Both the position numbers and the translations under genes were made by a program. Under the pieces are notes generated by a model. The model saw nothing but the letters and a program-made list of their open reading frames with translations, did no database searches and was not told where the DNA came from. DNA of 63,995 bases, the filler included, from Phoronis australis (Eukaryota > Animalia > Phoronida): the NCBI GenBank assembly GCA_002633005.1. It is 4 parts of 4 records of this genome, joined end to end, with 100 filler letters (N's around TTAATTAATTAA, not from the genome) between each part and the next. Parts side by side here need not be neighbours in the genome. Positions count along the whole stretch, not along the records: positions 1 to 7,389 come from NMRA01000710.1; positions 7,490 to 32,787 come from NMRA01001350.1; 2 more parts are not named here. One strand, 5' to 3'. Positions 1 through 13,482 of the stretch are shown here, one piece after another (position 1 is the stretch's first letter; each line of letters begins with the position of its first letter).

Positions 1-159
1 AACTATTTTCTGCATGGAATCACTTGTTGACCATGCACATCACACCCAAACGTCCATAATCCCAGTTCTACTATCATTGTTATTTAACCATGGCCGAAGA
101 CAAACGAATGTATAAGTGCTACGAGTAATGTCACTTTCTTAGTGTTTTCACATGCATGC

Positions 160-480
160 CATTCACACTCGGCCACTGAGTAATGTCATGCGCACTAAGC
201 ATTCACGCTGGGGTCCTGAGGTGTGCGATACAAACGTAGATATTCTTATTGGGTCCCTGAGCTATGTGCTGCAAATGTAGACATTCACCTGAGTTATGCG
301 ATGCACACATGTAGACATTCAGGCCAGGTCCCTGAGTTATAATGTACAAATGCAGACATTCGCACTGGGTCCCTAAGTTATGACGTACAAATGCAAATAT
401 TCACACTTGGTCCCTGTGTTATGACGTACAAATCTAGACATTCACACTGGGTCCCTAAGTAATGACGTAAAAATGTAAAC
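160..480. repeat. ~41-bp minisatellite, about 7 diverged copies
   Basis: The unit (AGACATTCACACTGGGTCCCTAAGTTATGACGTACAAATGC-like) recurs with a 41-nt period; the CATT/TATT core falls at 316, 357, 398 and 439. Confidence 0.85.
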
Positions 481-550
481 AATGACGGATGATTGACGGT
501 AAGCATTACTTTTTATGAATTTTTATACAGTTTATCTTTTTCTGGTTTTC

Positions 551-795
551 GAGGAGGCAGTGTGGCCTGGTTGATAAGTGCCCGCTTTCTTTACTCGAGG
601 TCGTGGGTTCGTGTCTCACCATATCACACTGCTAAACCCTTGAGCCAGGTTTCTAGCTCCTCAGCTCGGTTTTAACCATATATTAATAAAGCATAAAAAT
701 ATTTTCAGGTGATCAGTGCAATGGGCCCACATGCGAGGCCTGCGCACGTCTGGTACAACGTGTATCAGACCGCCTGCAATTATTTTTTTTTAATA
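551..795 (+). mobile_element. tRNA-derived SINE with 13-bp target-site duplication
   Basis: A-box-like TGGCCTGGTTG and B-box-like GGTTCGTGTCT lie at tRNA-like spacing (about 563-616). TTTTCTGGTTTTC is duplicated at 538-550 and 796-808. Confidence 0.65.
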
Positions 796-2331
796 TTTTC
801 TGGTTTTCCACTTTTTCAGTGTAACTGCCATTGAAGCAGACTTAATGAATAATTGAATAAAATTAACAATTTAATTTTTTTCTCATGCAGTTAATATTGA
901 AATACTAATCAAGGCTTTTGTGAATTAAATAAATTACAACGCTCAAAAACTTTTGAATTATAGTCGAATGAACCGACAACTCGAGTGTACAGGCGGTACT
1001 TTTGAAATCGCAATTTCAAGGTTGACCAAGACCAATAAATTCTAAAACGTTTCTTGAGTCGCTAACTGTTTCGATGCTCTTGTATCTAAAATAGAGTCGT
1101 GGTAAGGAATATCATGTCACCAATTTTTATGACAGTAAAATTCCTTATTCGATTTTCCCTTTTTAGTCATCTAAATAAGACGAAATGCAACTTTAACTCA
1201 CACAGTTCAGATGACAATGACTACAAATTACTTGCCATTTCACAGAGAGTTAGCACCAACAATATACAGAGTCATAAGTGGAGCTGAGAAGAAACCAACT
1301 CCACAGCAGACTGACGACCTGGAGTTGAACATCCAAAGTCGGAAGTTGTGTAGGCACTGTACGGAGCTGTCACATGCCGTAAGGAAACATGAATCTGACA
1401 ATTTAAAGCTGTGCATTTGCGCCCTTCTACAATTGTATACGGAAAGAAAAAATACGTTGCACATATACCTAGTGTTTTGACACTGTTTGCATACGATAGA
1501 TTAAGTATACATGATGTTCATAAATATTCCACAGATACATTCAAGACAAACCATCGCATGTTGCTCATGACCCGCTGATACCCCACCTGTGTACTGATAA
1601 TCCTCCGCTCCTCTACACCGAGCTTCAATCTTAAAACCTTTTCTAACTCGTACAATGTATCAGTTGAATAAATAGTTCACTGGGTACGGTTATCTTAGAA
1701 GTACCATCCTCGCCTGTCACGTGATCTGGGTTCATCCCAGCAGGTGCTAGTGGTTACGGAAATTGGGGGAAGCCCAATTACCCATTGTACTATAATTTTG
1801 TAACAAGGAATAAAGAAGGACTTGTCTATTCCGATTGTAACACATTATCTTACTGAGATCAAGTTAGATTATTGCTACCTGGAACACACGCGGCGTTTCT
1901 TTAAACGAAAAAGCATGTAATTAGCTTGTCAAGACTGAGTGATCATCTCTGCTTTTTATAACTTTCTGCTTCCATTTCTTTAAATTGTCTCTTCCTAACT
2001 ATTACGGATAAAAATCACCAAATGTCGTCGATTTCCTTAACTTCTTGTTCGGTAGTTCCAGCGAACTGAGTCCTGAACGAGACGATCTCGTCACCTGGTG
2101 ACTGACCCTGATGTGTGTTCGGAGCAAATGCACAGCGCTAGAGCGACACCTATCAGGCTATTCAACTCAAGTAGTTATACAAATATGAATGTCAATAAAG
2201 ACCGCAACTGGACCGAATTTCGACTTGCACGAGGCCAACTGCGGACTAGAGGCTGGAACGAGGCTACACATAGAAAGCATTTCATTTTACTTGTGTTTCA
2301 AACAACCAGAAGTTTAGTTCATTATAGATAC

Positions 2332-2493
2332 CAGGGGCAGATCCAGGATTTTGAGTTGGTGGGGAGTGGGGGCAGGGCAGAGTATTAGCCAGGGTTTTGC
2401 CGTAAGATATTGGCACCCCCGAAATGCCAAATGGAATCTGGGAGAATTTTAGGGGGGAATGGCCCCCTTGGCTTCCCTCTAAATCCGCCACTG
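2332..2493. mobile_element. Short MITE with CAG(G/T)GGC(A/G)GAT termini
   Basis: Starts CAGGGGCAGATCCAGG and ends AAATCCGCCACTG, with GATAC on both flanks. Related copies are at about 3290-3368 and 12260-12571. Confidence 0.6.
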
Positions 2494-2874
2494 GATACGA
2501 TTAAACAAGAAGCATCTACAGAGCTAGATCACCTGCAGCTTACTGAGAAGACGATAACATGCAAAACGCTTTCTGGATTCTGAATTCGATGATCTATATC
2601 CCTCAAATATACTGTCTGGGATGCACACTCATCGAGGTTTGCTATCGTAAAAATGTTGTTTAGATCTATTGTCTCTTGCTTGTTATTATGTTTGACCACC
2701 GGCGACACAAAGCTCTTACCTTTTATACATTAGCGATCCTGTTCTGATAAATATCGTCTCATTCGATGCATTTGTGCTGGCTGGGGTATGGTCAGCCGTT
2801 GAGCTGCAAGTATCGCCTTAAAGTTAAAGTGAAGGTCTGTCGCAGTACAATTAGGCTCGAAAATAAAATGGGGA

Positions 2875-3120
2875 AAAGTTTCGCCGTAAAATTACGCTCG
2901 TAATTACAAGCGTAAATTAAATTGTAAAAGTTGCAGTAAAATTACGCCCGTAAATTAAATGGGGGGGGGGGGATGTCGCCGGAAATTACGCTCGTAAAAT
3001 ACCTTTAAGAACTTGTGTAACCTTGAGTTCAGTGTAAAACCGAACGTCATTGGCTAAGATTTTTTAAACTAAATTACGAGCGTAATTTACGCCGTAAAGA
3101 ATTAAATTACGCTCGTTATT
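2875..3120. repeat. Cluster of direct and inverted AAATTACGCTCGTAA motifs
   Basis: AATTACGC(T/C)CGTAA and its reverse complement recur at least five times. Confidence 0.6.
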
Positions 3121-4147
3121 TTTTAGGTCGTAACTAACCGGGTAAATAACAGGGATGCAGGAGTCTTGAATTCTTGGGTTTGCGGACCTGTTGACTAAAA
3201 AAAAGGTAAACGGGGTATATTCAAGGCCTATGCGTTGTTTATTCACCCCCCAAGCCCCCCTGGTTGCGCGCATGTGCTAGTCGGCAGTTCGCACCTGAAC
3301 TCACAAATGGGATCTGGTAGAATTTTAGGGTGGCCATGGCCACCTTGGCCCCCCTAAATCCGCCACTGGACTGGTTTGAAATTGATTTGACCGGTGGCGT
3401 AAAATCCCTGTTCTCACAGTTTATCGATAGTTGGCTGTTCATCTTAAACATTTCAACATGGTGATTTGGCTGTCCGTGCTAAACTTTATGTTGAATGCTA
3501 TTTCAAAGGAGAAATTGATTTTCAGTGAAAACTAAATATTGTTCTTAAATGACATAAAACCTGACGAACTTTAACTGTTCGAACATTGCCGCTCACTCCC
3601 GTATTGTAATACGTGGATTTCCGGTTTCTGAAACCAACAATTTACACATCGGTTTGATTTTCTGAATACATACGTCTCAAAAATGCATTAGTTTCTTGTT
3701 GATTTTGTAATACGTGTCACATCAAATATTAGTTAATTTATGTTAACAATAAAAAATTAAGGCTTTGATAAAGTTGACTATTTATTGTCCATCGGCCAGG
3801 GATATTAATGAAAATTGCAAAATCTTAAACTGAGAACGATCAATTTATAATAACATTAAATTCTTTGTAACCCAAGTTCGTTTTGGGAATATGTCATGAT
3901 CAGAATTGAATATTGTGCTCTTCACGTTGTGTCATAGAACGGAATGTTAGTTGTCTTGGATTTGACGTTTCGGGGTTCAAGTCTTATCTCCAAACTCCAA
4001 TTCCAACTCAAAATAATTTACCCGTATTGGTTCGCCTTTATAGTGAGACTTTGACGTCACAGTCAACAGACCCATGTCATCAAAACTGCAATAAGAATAC
4101 GCGCTCTACACTTCGTATTTCTCAAGGTCAGTTCATGAAGCCACTTG

Positions 4148-5236
4148 CAACCGATTTCATAAAGGTGGTTTAAACTTAAACCCGGTTTAAACTGGACTTA
4201 GACCATATTTAAAGATAATCTGCATTTCATGAAGGTGGTTTAACTTTTAAACCAGCGGTTTAGAAAAACCTGGTTTAACGCCAGTTTAGTCCTGGTCTAA
4301 GTTTTCATTTCACCAACGAGGTATATATTCCTTGGACCTGTATTAAGATCTTAAACCAGGTTTATCTTTAAATTTGGTCATACCCAGGTTTAATATTGTT
4401 AAATATGTCAGACGTGCATGGTATAGGTGCAACTGAATGATGCTGCGGTGTGCATTTACGACGCAGTTTTAGAGGGAGAATGGACTGTTTTCAATATTCA
4501 GTTTCACGACGACACGAGATCAAAGCAAGGGCGGATCCAGGATTTTTAAAAGGGGGACCAAGTCAAAAATTTGAAAATTATAGATTGGTTATCACTAAAA
4601 TCAAGGATAAAAGGGTGTCCAAACCCCTTGACAGCCTTGGATCCGTCTATGCGTAGACCAGTACGTGCTAGAGAGCGTTCTTCGGGACCTCAGAATACGA
4701 CTTGTCGAGCAGGGCGTCATCGTCGTAAGCGCTATGGGTTTGACTGAAGGCATTGCCGGGAAAGGGTCTTGCCCCCACCCCCCACTGGCTGCGAAAAATA
4801 AACACTAAAATGACACGGAAATAAATTTGGGCATTTATCATGTTACGGCAAATCGTGAGCATGTACTGTAATGTGTGTACGAGTGTTGGGCACAGATATT
4901 TACATTTTCCTTATGAGAAAAGCTTTTAGACCTTTTTTGCAAATGTCTGTGCTGATTCTACTAGTGTGTGCCATTGTATACCCACGTGATCAAGGTTTCA
5001 TTAAAGCACTTCAACAGCTTCTTTGTTGGGTTAATCCAGAGCGACAAAGTAGGGTGGCTTGGTTTACTGAAACCTGGTTTTACTAAACCCGCTCCCTGGT
5101 TTAACAAAACCAGGCTTTTAGACTTTTAAACCACGTTGGTGAAATGCAAGTCAGGTCTAAAATTAGAGCAGGTTTAGGAAGACCAGATTTAACTCTTAAA
5201 CCCGGTTTTGTTAAACCACCTTTATGAAATCGGCTG
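4148..5236. mobile_element. PIF/Harbinger-type non-autonomous element, copy 1
   Basis: TIRs are CAACCGATTTCATAAAGGTGGTTTAA and TTAAACCACCTTTATGAAATCGGCTG, with TTG on both flanks and repeated AAACC(A/C)GGTTT subterminal motifs. It is homologous, in inverted orientation, to 12037-13482. Confidence 0.75.
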
Positions 5237-5663
5237 TTGGTGACACATGTGGAAAACAAAGTTTAACTCAGTTCATGACGTCATTACTAGAGCCAACAAT
5301 AATCAAGCAACTGAAATGAACTTGTCAATCAGTTCAGTTTGAGCTACAATGTTGATATTGGCAATGGCAATCGTATGGCAGCAGAATTGTAATGAAAATA
5401 ACAAGCAGCTGAAGTGAGCACGATAATAAAATGATTCATTGTGACTCGATCTTTTTACACTGCACAAATAGTCAAGTACTTTACATCACAAAACCACGAG
5501 GAACATCTGCGTGTCATCTCTCCATCTACACAGATGGTAATAATAAATACTCTACTCTCTTCACTATTATTCAATAAAGGGTGTGAAACGTAAACATTGG
5601 CGACAATCTAGTCGCTTAATTGAATATAAATATTATGAATGAATTAATTTATTAGTCGACTTG

Positions 5664-5720
5664 TATAAAAAGAGTGAACAGATCAGTCTAAGTCATGTTT
5701 TGTGTTGGACAGCAAGACCG
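5664..5720 (+). promoter_or_regulatory. TATA box and short first exon ending in a consensus splice donor
   Basis: TATAAAAAG is at 5664, followed by Inr-like TCAGT and TCATG at 5683-5697. A CCG|GTGAGT donor lies at 5720/5721. Confidence 0.45.
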
Positions 5721-5979
5721 GTGAGTATTTAGAGGAAGTAGACGCTAAAACCTAGAATAACCACATCCTAAACCCTTTTTAAGAGCACTTTATGATCAGG
5801 TTTAAGTATGCATTGATTGAACTTAGTTCATGTGCTTTATCAGTAAAGCTTAAAAGCCCTAATTATAGTGGTTTACTTTTCACGAGGCTATCAACCGAAA
5901 TAACAACCACTTCATTTGACATTGTTTGACACTACTGCATGTATAACATGGGCAATTCGGATTTCCAGGTGCGTGTATA

Positions 5980-6046
5980 GACCAGTATTATATACGGACC
6001 AATATTATATATGGACCAACATTATATATGGACCAATATTATATAT
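5980..6046. repeat. 17-bp tandem repeat, about 4 copies
   Basis: Repeated GACCAATATTATATA(C/T)G units. Confidence 0.8.
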
Positions 6047-7214
6047 GCATTTGCTATTTATGGGAATAGGAAGGTCTTGTTGATCATCATTGATTTGGAA
6101 AAGGCTCATAAACGTTAGGCTGACAGATTTCGCAATTTTATACGCCACTCGAAAAAGGGATTTGATAGGGTGACATGATCAAAGCAGAAGTTTAAAATGC
6201 ACGAGTTTTGAGGTTTTGGGCATTAAACACGATTGTATCGGGCCAGTTTAGTTTAGCCCGACATACAGAGAAGCATTAGTCACGGAACACAAAACTCCAA
6301 GAGCAGCCCAATGTTTGCTGCGTGCGCAACTGATGTTGGAAGGCCTAAACGTGTGGTAGTCCTGTCCAGGGCTTCGTTGATTAATATAATTTATATGGCA
6401 TGCCGAGCCGTATCTCCAAATGTGACGTAGTTATGTTCAAGAACTTCATATCCGAATATTCCCCAAATTCTAAGATTCACATTTCTTTTGTAAAAGAATA
6501 TATAGCGGGTTTGTGCAATGGAGAAGTATGCAAGTACGCGAGACGTTGACAATGAGATACGTCCCTCTTTTGTGGTGAGATTTGCTTCCTTCTGTACGGT
6601 TTCTAGTTACTACAATCTGGCTTAGGATGCAAAGAGCAGACTTTATTGTGTCTAGTGATGTTTGGCCCTTTCACTCCTACTGAAAAGCAAGGTAGGCTAA
6701 CAAAAAATGGGCAAAACACAAAATCGTCAGCTTTCAACCCAAAACCACCACTTACCGGCCCCTGCATTATATTCTGAAAACACAAATTTCCTACAGGTTT
6801 TAAAAGTGTGTTCTAAAAGTACTGCCAACAAGCTATTGTTTGCAATTCTGACTTGTTTGAGGGTTATCTGAAATCACAGCCAATTTTTCAGTCGCTACCG
6901 AGCAATGCTCGATGCAACAGGTGGCCACCATCTTGAAGAAGTGAGCAGCTACATCCGAGCAAGTGATTGGTCGCATTCCCAGCATGTTCACACATACAAA
7001 CCGCATTCATTCAGCGTGCATGCAACACCTACTTAAAAACTACCCCCAAGCCTGTGGTCTACCCCTAGATTTTAATATTTTGGCATTGCAAATTGACCGC
7101 GGCAGCAGCGTAACTGTTCAGCACAACCTTACCCGCAGTACGCCTATGATGCGCCGCCTATTGACAGAAATAAACGTGGCACTATGTAAATTCAGGGCAG
7201 TTTCATTTTTCAGT

Positions 7215-7287
7215 ATGAAAATGTACCGCCTAGTGTTGGTGACTTTGTGTATTCTGTACCTGTCGATGTCAACCACAGCTCACAGAA
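7215..7287 (+). CDS. Signal-peptide exon of an unidentified secreted protein (MKMYRLVLVTLCILYLSMSTTAHR)
   Basis: The exon sits between a TTTCATTTTTCAG acceptor (ending 7213) and an A|GTAAGT phase-1 donor. The peptide has a basic N-terminus, a hydrophobic core and a T-T-A cleavage-like site. The contig ends about 100 nt later. Confidence 0.55.
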
Positions 7288-7389
7288 GTAAGTATACATT
7301 AAATGCATATATTGCAGTTTATTGTTAAGGATATAGAGATTTGTAGTCGTCCTGTCAATCCAAACGCGTGTTGTGACATACTTTATCAT

Positions 7390-7489
7390 NNNNNNNNNNN
7401 NNNNNNNNNNNNNNNNNNNNNNNNNNNNNNNNNTTAATTAATTAANNNNNNNNNNNNNNNNNNNNNNNNNNNNNNNNNNNNNNNNNNNN
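7390..7489. other. Assembly gap with artificial six-frame-stop linker
   Basis: 44 N + TTAATTAATTAA + 44 N. Confidence 0.95.
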
Positions 7490-10400
7490 GAGTATGTTTC
7501 AATGGTTTTTATGCAGATTCACGATGTTTTTAAAACGTCTACAAACGGATCATATGACTTTAAGTCCAGTTTAAGCCATATAAAACTTTAAACCATATTT
7601 ATGAAATCGGCTTCAAATTTCTTACCTGCACAATCACTCACCACTGTTGTGTGTACTCAGTGTGGAAAAGACCTTAGACGATGCTTTTATCTAAAGGATT
7701 ATAAAACCCTCCTCCATTTTGATTGGCTCATACTTGAAACATCACTCGCTGTTTAACCAATCACGCATCACATCATTCTTACCTTGAACTATTTTCTCGG
7801 CGTTAGGCTTTCCAACGCTTCGTAAATTTTGCCACTAGTTCGAACTTGTCACCCAAACGTGAACCCTTCTGCTGCCAAACGCACGCGCTAAACTTTATAG
7901 GCCTACAGATGTGCTGCGCTAGATAAGTTGGTCATGTTGGCAGAGTGCTTTATTGGGTTGGTCATGTGGGAAACGTGGAGCAAAGAAATAGATATGTAAT
8001 TCTGAGCCGGTTCAAAATTCATCAAGAAAAGGCAAGTCATAGTGTTTGTGGGAATTACTGACACCAAAATTGAAAATTATAGATTTTATATTATAATGTA
8101 AACATTGGGAAGCGTACAAAGCTTTGATTTATTTATAGTCAAGGTTGAATGACTTTCATACACTTGAGCTTATACACGATTTCTGTCATCGCTCAAATGA
8201 GAGTTTTATCGGATCATTGAGCTTCTAGGACTAGTTCGTGGTTCGATCTATGCATACTCGACAATTTAACAACTATCTTGAATACAATTAACGGAGATGC
8301 TATTGAGGAGATTGCACATAGGCCAGTGACTATCCACAAAGGATCGAAGGTTGACGCGATACCCCTTTAAATTTTGTTAATACGATTAAGCCGACTTTAC
8401 TATGTAGGATAATGGACACGATTGTGTTAAACTTTGACAGACGAACACTTCATTGAACGAGCTGGCGTTAGGCGGCCGTTCGACTAACTGTGTGTATTCC
8501 TTCCAGAATAGTGTACAATTGATTATTCGATTTAGAATTTTAGAAATTGTTTAATGCTATGAAGCAGCACAACAACAACGATCTATCATTTCGAGGCTTG
8601 CTGTTTGTTGTGGCTATTAGATTTTTATTGCCATTTACGCAAGGACTCGGCTTGCAACATTATTTCCTCGCCGATCCTGCAAGAGGGTTGGCTGGATTTT
8701 TATTTTTAGTATTATCTTATGGAAAACCTCTTGGAAATTTCTTATTGATTGAAAATTCCCCCAAATTTCAGAATGTGTATAATATTTTTTTAAGTCACAT
8801 GGCAGCGTTTTCCCTTTAGTGACTTAGTGACTTAACGAGACGTAGGGAATTCTGAGCGTGTGATAAGATCTAGTTAACTGCCAAGCACAGTGTTTTGTCT
8901 GTTATGACAACAAGCCGGCCAGTTATCTACCAGACCAAGTGTGAAAACTGTCAAACTCAGAGTGAATTGGAGTATTCGGAAAGTCAGAATAGATTGTCTT
9001 TACTTCGGCTGCAGTGAGACAATTTTGGTGATTCAACAACTAAACATGGTCACCATTTAACGAAGATTTCAGAAGTGCTTTTGAATTTAGGTTTAACTTT
9101 TATTTTTAACAGCACAGCACATCAAGGTAGATACGATCTTATTGGAGATTAGAACATTTATCGAACAAAATACAGCTGGCCCTCCAACCATTAATATCAG
9201 AATGGAGTTAATCAGTCGTATAAGATATTGGATAAAGGGGTTACCTTCTCAACTTGTTGGGATCGGAAAAACGCCTTAAAGAAATTATTGGTTGAGTTTC
9301 AGGAAGTCTATGCTAGGAATATTTGTTTACCGGGCTGAACAACGAAATCCAAATTCTGGAAGTTATCTGACAGCCGCATTGAAATTTAATTCAGACAGAT
9401 AACTTAAATTTTAAAGAGCAGAAGTTGAACTCAATGTTTATGAATTGCAAATGTCGGTCCAAAATTGATATTTTCGAACTAGGCGAAGACGTTTTCCACG
9501 CTTTTCACAGACTAGTTTGGTGGGATGATATACCCTTGACTGCAGCCAGTTCCAACATGCTATTTTGTGCGTTCTTACTATTAGAATTCAATGTTGACAT
9601 GTTATCCAGATATCGTACTTTGTAAATGAAATCATCATTAATTTAACAGTAACTGGAAACGTCTCAGAATTTCACTACAAGTCAAGGCTTCGTGTACACA
9701 GACAGACGAAGCAGTGTTTCGGAGAATGACGTGATGTCCTGGCGTGAGCAGCTTATGTCACGTGATGTATGTTCAGACTGTACTGTGTTTTGTTTTATTT
9801 TAGTAAAGCATCACACATATTAAATACCTTTTATAGTTTTATCTTTTTTCTTATTGTCACATAAGTAGTATCAGATGGTGGAGTTGGAAATCACGTGACG
9901 TTATCAGATAAGGTAGGGTGGCACCGTCCCCCAATCGGATGGTACGACACTAAAAAGACTTCGAATATGCTATTTCGAGTTCAACTGATCGAGAGCGGAA
10001 ACAAATTTGGGATTACGACGCGTATTGTTCTCTCTCATCTCCCGAAAAACTGACATTGCGTATATTCCGTGAAAAAATGATCAGGGTATAACCACCTTAC
10101 TCAACAACAGATGTCGCGTATACTTATCCCAACTACCGACGGTACTGAACTAATAATACCAATAATAAGATATAGTGAAAACCTAAAGTAAAACATAAAC
10201 TTTATATTTTAAACGTGTATTAGTAACAAAGTACTTTCGAATACACTACCTAAGTCATCAAGACGTTCTGACTCCATCATCCGTACGGCTATTAAGTTAT
10301 TTTAATTAAAATTGCCTGCGAGCTTCATCTTAATTGTGTACTGGATTACTTACGCTACTTTTGTTATGTAATTTTCCCATAAAGTCTGGACTGACATGTA

Positions 10401-10878
10401 TCTTATCTTATGCAGGGTCAATTGAAACATATTATAATAATTGTAATGATAGTCACCTGCTTTAATAAGATGCCAGATCCTTTCAGTACTTTCGGCAAGC
10501 ATATGCCTTTATTTGTACTAGGTGCATTACGTGCATTTTGAACCAACATATGCATGCATGCCTCGTCAATTATTTGTCATGTGTAATCTAAATATGATAC
10601 GCAATATGTAGATAAGAAACACCTCACGCCGAAGATATTAGGAAATTGAAAAGAGATTTGACCAGCTTGAACACGATTCTTGAATGTATAAATGTTCGCT
10701 GGATATCATCGAACTAAAATGGATTTGTAACGTATATTGATTTGTTTTCTTACAATTTTTTATGTTTAAGTTGCACGCATCTATTCATTTTAAACTCTGA
10801 AGAAACTTCGCATACTAAGAGTTGACCATTTTTCGCAGAAGTTTGGATAAACGACTTTTTCTATCTCGGTGATATATA

Positions 10879-11034
10879 CAGGTGTGTAGTGGTAAATTTA
10901 GAGAGAAATAGGAGCCGAAAGCCCACTGTGTCACCTTAAGCACTGAACGTAACTTACGGTGCGCAGGCGTTAGAGTCACATGGCAAAAGGTGGTTGGCTG
11001 CGCCTACGTGCGCCTATGCCCTACTACATCACTG
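10879..11034. mobile_element. hAT-type MITE with 8-bp TSD
   Basis: Termini are CAGGTGTGTAGT and CTACTACATCACTG. GATATATA is duplicated at 10871-10878 and 11035-11042. Confidence 0.75.
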
Positions 11035-12036
11035 GATATATATTTCGCTAACTGGACCCTTTCATTGTTACTCAGCTGATGCTTACTTTCACGTTGACGT
11101 AAAATTGCGAAACCCATATTTGTTACTGTAACGTAAATCCACACGCGCAATTGCGTGCGCGTCATAATTCACGTTCAAGTCACTTACCCAAACATCTATG
11201 TTGCATGTTTACACGTTAACCAAAACATGTACATGTGCGTCAGTTCAAAGAGACACTGTGAAATGGTCAAAAATCGGAAGAGATTCCTAGCGTAGGTGCA
11301 AATTACTTGTCAAGTGTGCTACCACTACATGTACAAGTAACAAAATTCGGCCATTCCATTAGGCACTATCGTTTTAACCTGGTATATTTCTCTTCAATTT
11401 CTTCGTATAGGAACTTGAACAAGCTGGTTTGACCTTGGAGACGTCCAACGCAATGTTTACTGAGGCTTCGTGGCGATCCTTGCCAAAATCAGTCTATTGC
11501 ACTATCCAGAAAACTGATAGCATGGAATATAAATTCCTACCTCCGACATAGAATTTCGAGAAATGTTTCATTTCTTTATGGCAATTGTTGTTAAAGTCAA
11601 CCTACTTCAATATCCACAAAACCGATAGCATGGAAGCTAAATTCGTTCCGCCGACATAGAATTTCAAAAAAAAATCGTTTTGATGAGAATAAACAAACTG
11701 TTACATGACAGGTAATCTACAACCTATTGAAAGGCTTTATTAATGTTTATTGTATTACAAAGCCTCATCGATTCTCGTTTCAAAGAATTTTTTTAAAAAA
11801 CGCCACTGAGGCGAATGCGAGATATGTGATGTCTATTCTTTAATCAGTGTTCACCATGCCTCCTAGCTTGCTGTTACAGTCAAAAAGTATATCATGCTTG
11901 ATAAGCGTCATTTGCTTTGGGTACACATGTAACGTGAAAACTGTAATGGCCCTGTCGTGCATAACGTTTCCATTCAAGTTATTGTGAAAAACTAGCTTGA
12001 AAACCTAGATCACGCTCATCATTATTCGAAAACTTA

Positions 12037-13482
12037 CGGCCTTTTTCATTAAGGTGGTTTTATAAAACAATGTTTAAGACTTAAACCTGGTCTTCCTAAG
12101 CCTGGTCAAAGTTTAGATCTACCTGTAACTTGAATTTCACCAACATGGTTTAAAAGTATGAAAGCCTGATTTTGTTAGACTATTGGGCCGTTTTAGTAAA
12201 ACCAGGTTTAACGACTCTAAGTGACTGTACTGTGTCGATCTGGATTAACCCAACAATGTCATATGCGGATTTAGGGGGGCAGGGGCCCGGGCCCCTCCCC
12301 CTTGGCTGCCACAAGCAAGAAGAAACGCAACAATGCGCAGCGTGAGGTAATATTTAGGTCAGTGAGTAAAATCAGAGGATGAGGGGGGCTCAAGACACCT
12401 CAGATCGCGGGAAAATTGTGTTCCCGTTTTTTTTTAGTCCAACAATAGGTTTTGCAAAGGGGAAGTGCACGTTCTAGGCCACCGCAACTTTCGCGACAAC
12501 AATCGCGCCTCAACCAATTCCCCGAGATAACATATTGCCCCCCTCCTTATGTTATAATAGATCCGCCACTGAAATTATTGGAGTGCTCCAATGAATCCCT
12601 GATCACGTAGGTATAACATGACACACACTACTAGAATCAGGGCAAATATTTACGAAAAAAGTCTGAAAGCTTTAAATTTCTAGTGAGAAAAAATGTAATG
12701 TCTGTGCCCAACACACGTACACACATTAAAGTACATGCTCACAATTAGACGCCACATGAAAAATGCCCAAATTTATTTCCGGGTCAATGTAGTTATTATT
12801 TTTCGCGGTCAAAGGGGGAGCATGACCCCTTCCTGGCAAAAATAAATCAGCATTGGAATTGAAACTCAGTCAGAAGAATAAGAAGATTTTGTGTTCAATC
12901 AAACCCGTAGCGGTTACGACTATGACGCTATGCTCGACCAGTCGTATTGTGAGGAATTCACAGGACATCCAGTGCATCCAAGGGGTCTGGAAGCGCTCTT
13001 TTCCTTTGATCATAGTGATATCAAATCTATAATTTTCAAATTTTGATTTGGTCAGCCCTTTAAAAACTCCTTGACCAACACCCCTTTTAAAAAATCCAGG
13101 ATTCCCCTTTGCTACGTTTGACCTTGTGTCGCCGTTAAACGGAATGTTGAAGAAATTAAATTTTTTCTCTCAAACTGCGCCGTACATGCACACCGCGACA
13201 TCATTAACTTGTGCATGTATCGGGCAAGTCTGGCTTATCTAACAGTTAAACCTGTGTCTGACCAAGTCTAAAGTTAAACTTGGTTAACGATCTTAATGTC
13301 GGGATAAAGAATATAGACCTCGTTGGTGAAAAGAATACTGACTTAAACCAGTAAAAACACGTTTTACTAGACCACTGGTCTAAAAGTAAAACCACCTTTA
13401 TGACAAGCAGATTTTCTTTAAACCTCTTCCAAGTCCAAATTAAACCAGGTTTAGCTTGAAACCAACTTTTTGAAATCGGCTG
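12037..13482. mobile_element. PIF/Harbinger-type non-autonomous element, copy 2 (inverted), with a nested MITE at 12260-12571
   Basis: TIRs are CGGCCTTTTTCATTAAGGTGGTTT and AAACCAACTTTTTGAAATCGGCTG, with a TTA TSD on both sides, as is typical of Harbinger. It is collinear with the reverse complement of 4148-5236. Confidence 0.8.

Noticed and set aside
554-622. tRNA gene
   Set aside because: The A and B boxes are degenerate, no convincing cloverleaf forms, and the segment lies inside a TSD-bounded insertion. It is better explained as a SINE head.
9650-9729. Candidate next exon of the signal-peptide gene (ITGNVSEFHYKSRLRVHRQTKQCFGE*)
   Set aside because: It is phase-compatible and has an RxxR motif, but the acceptor is weak and the join crosses a linker gap, so linkage is unsupported.
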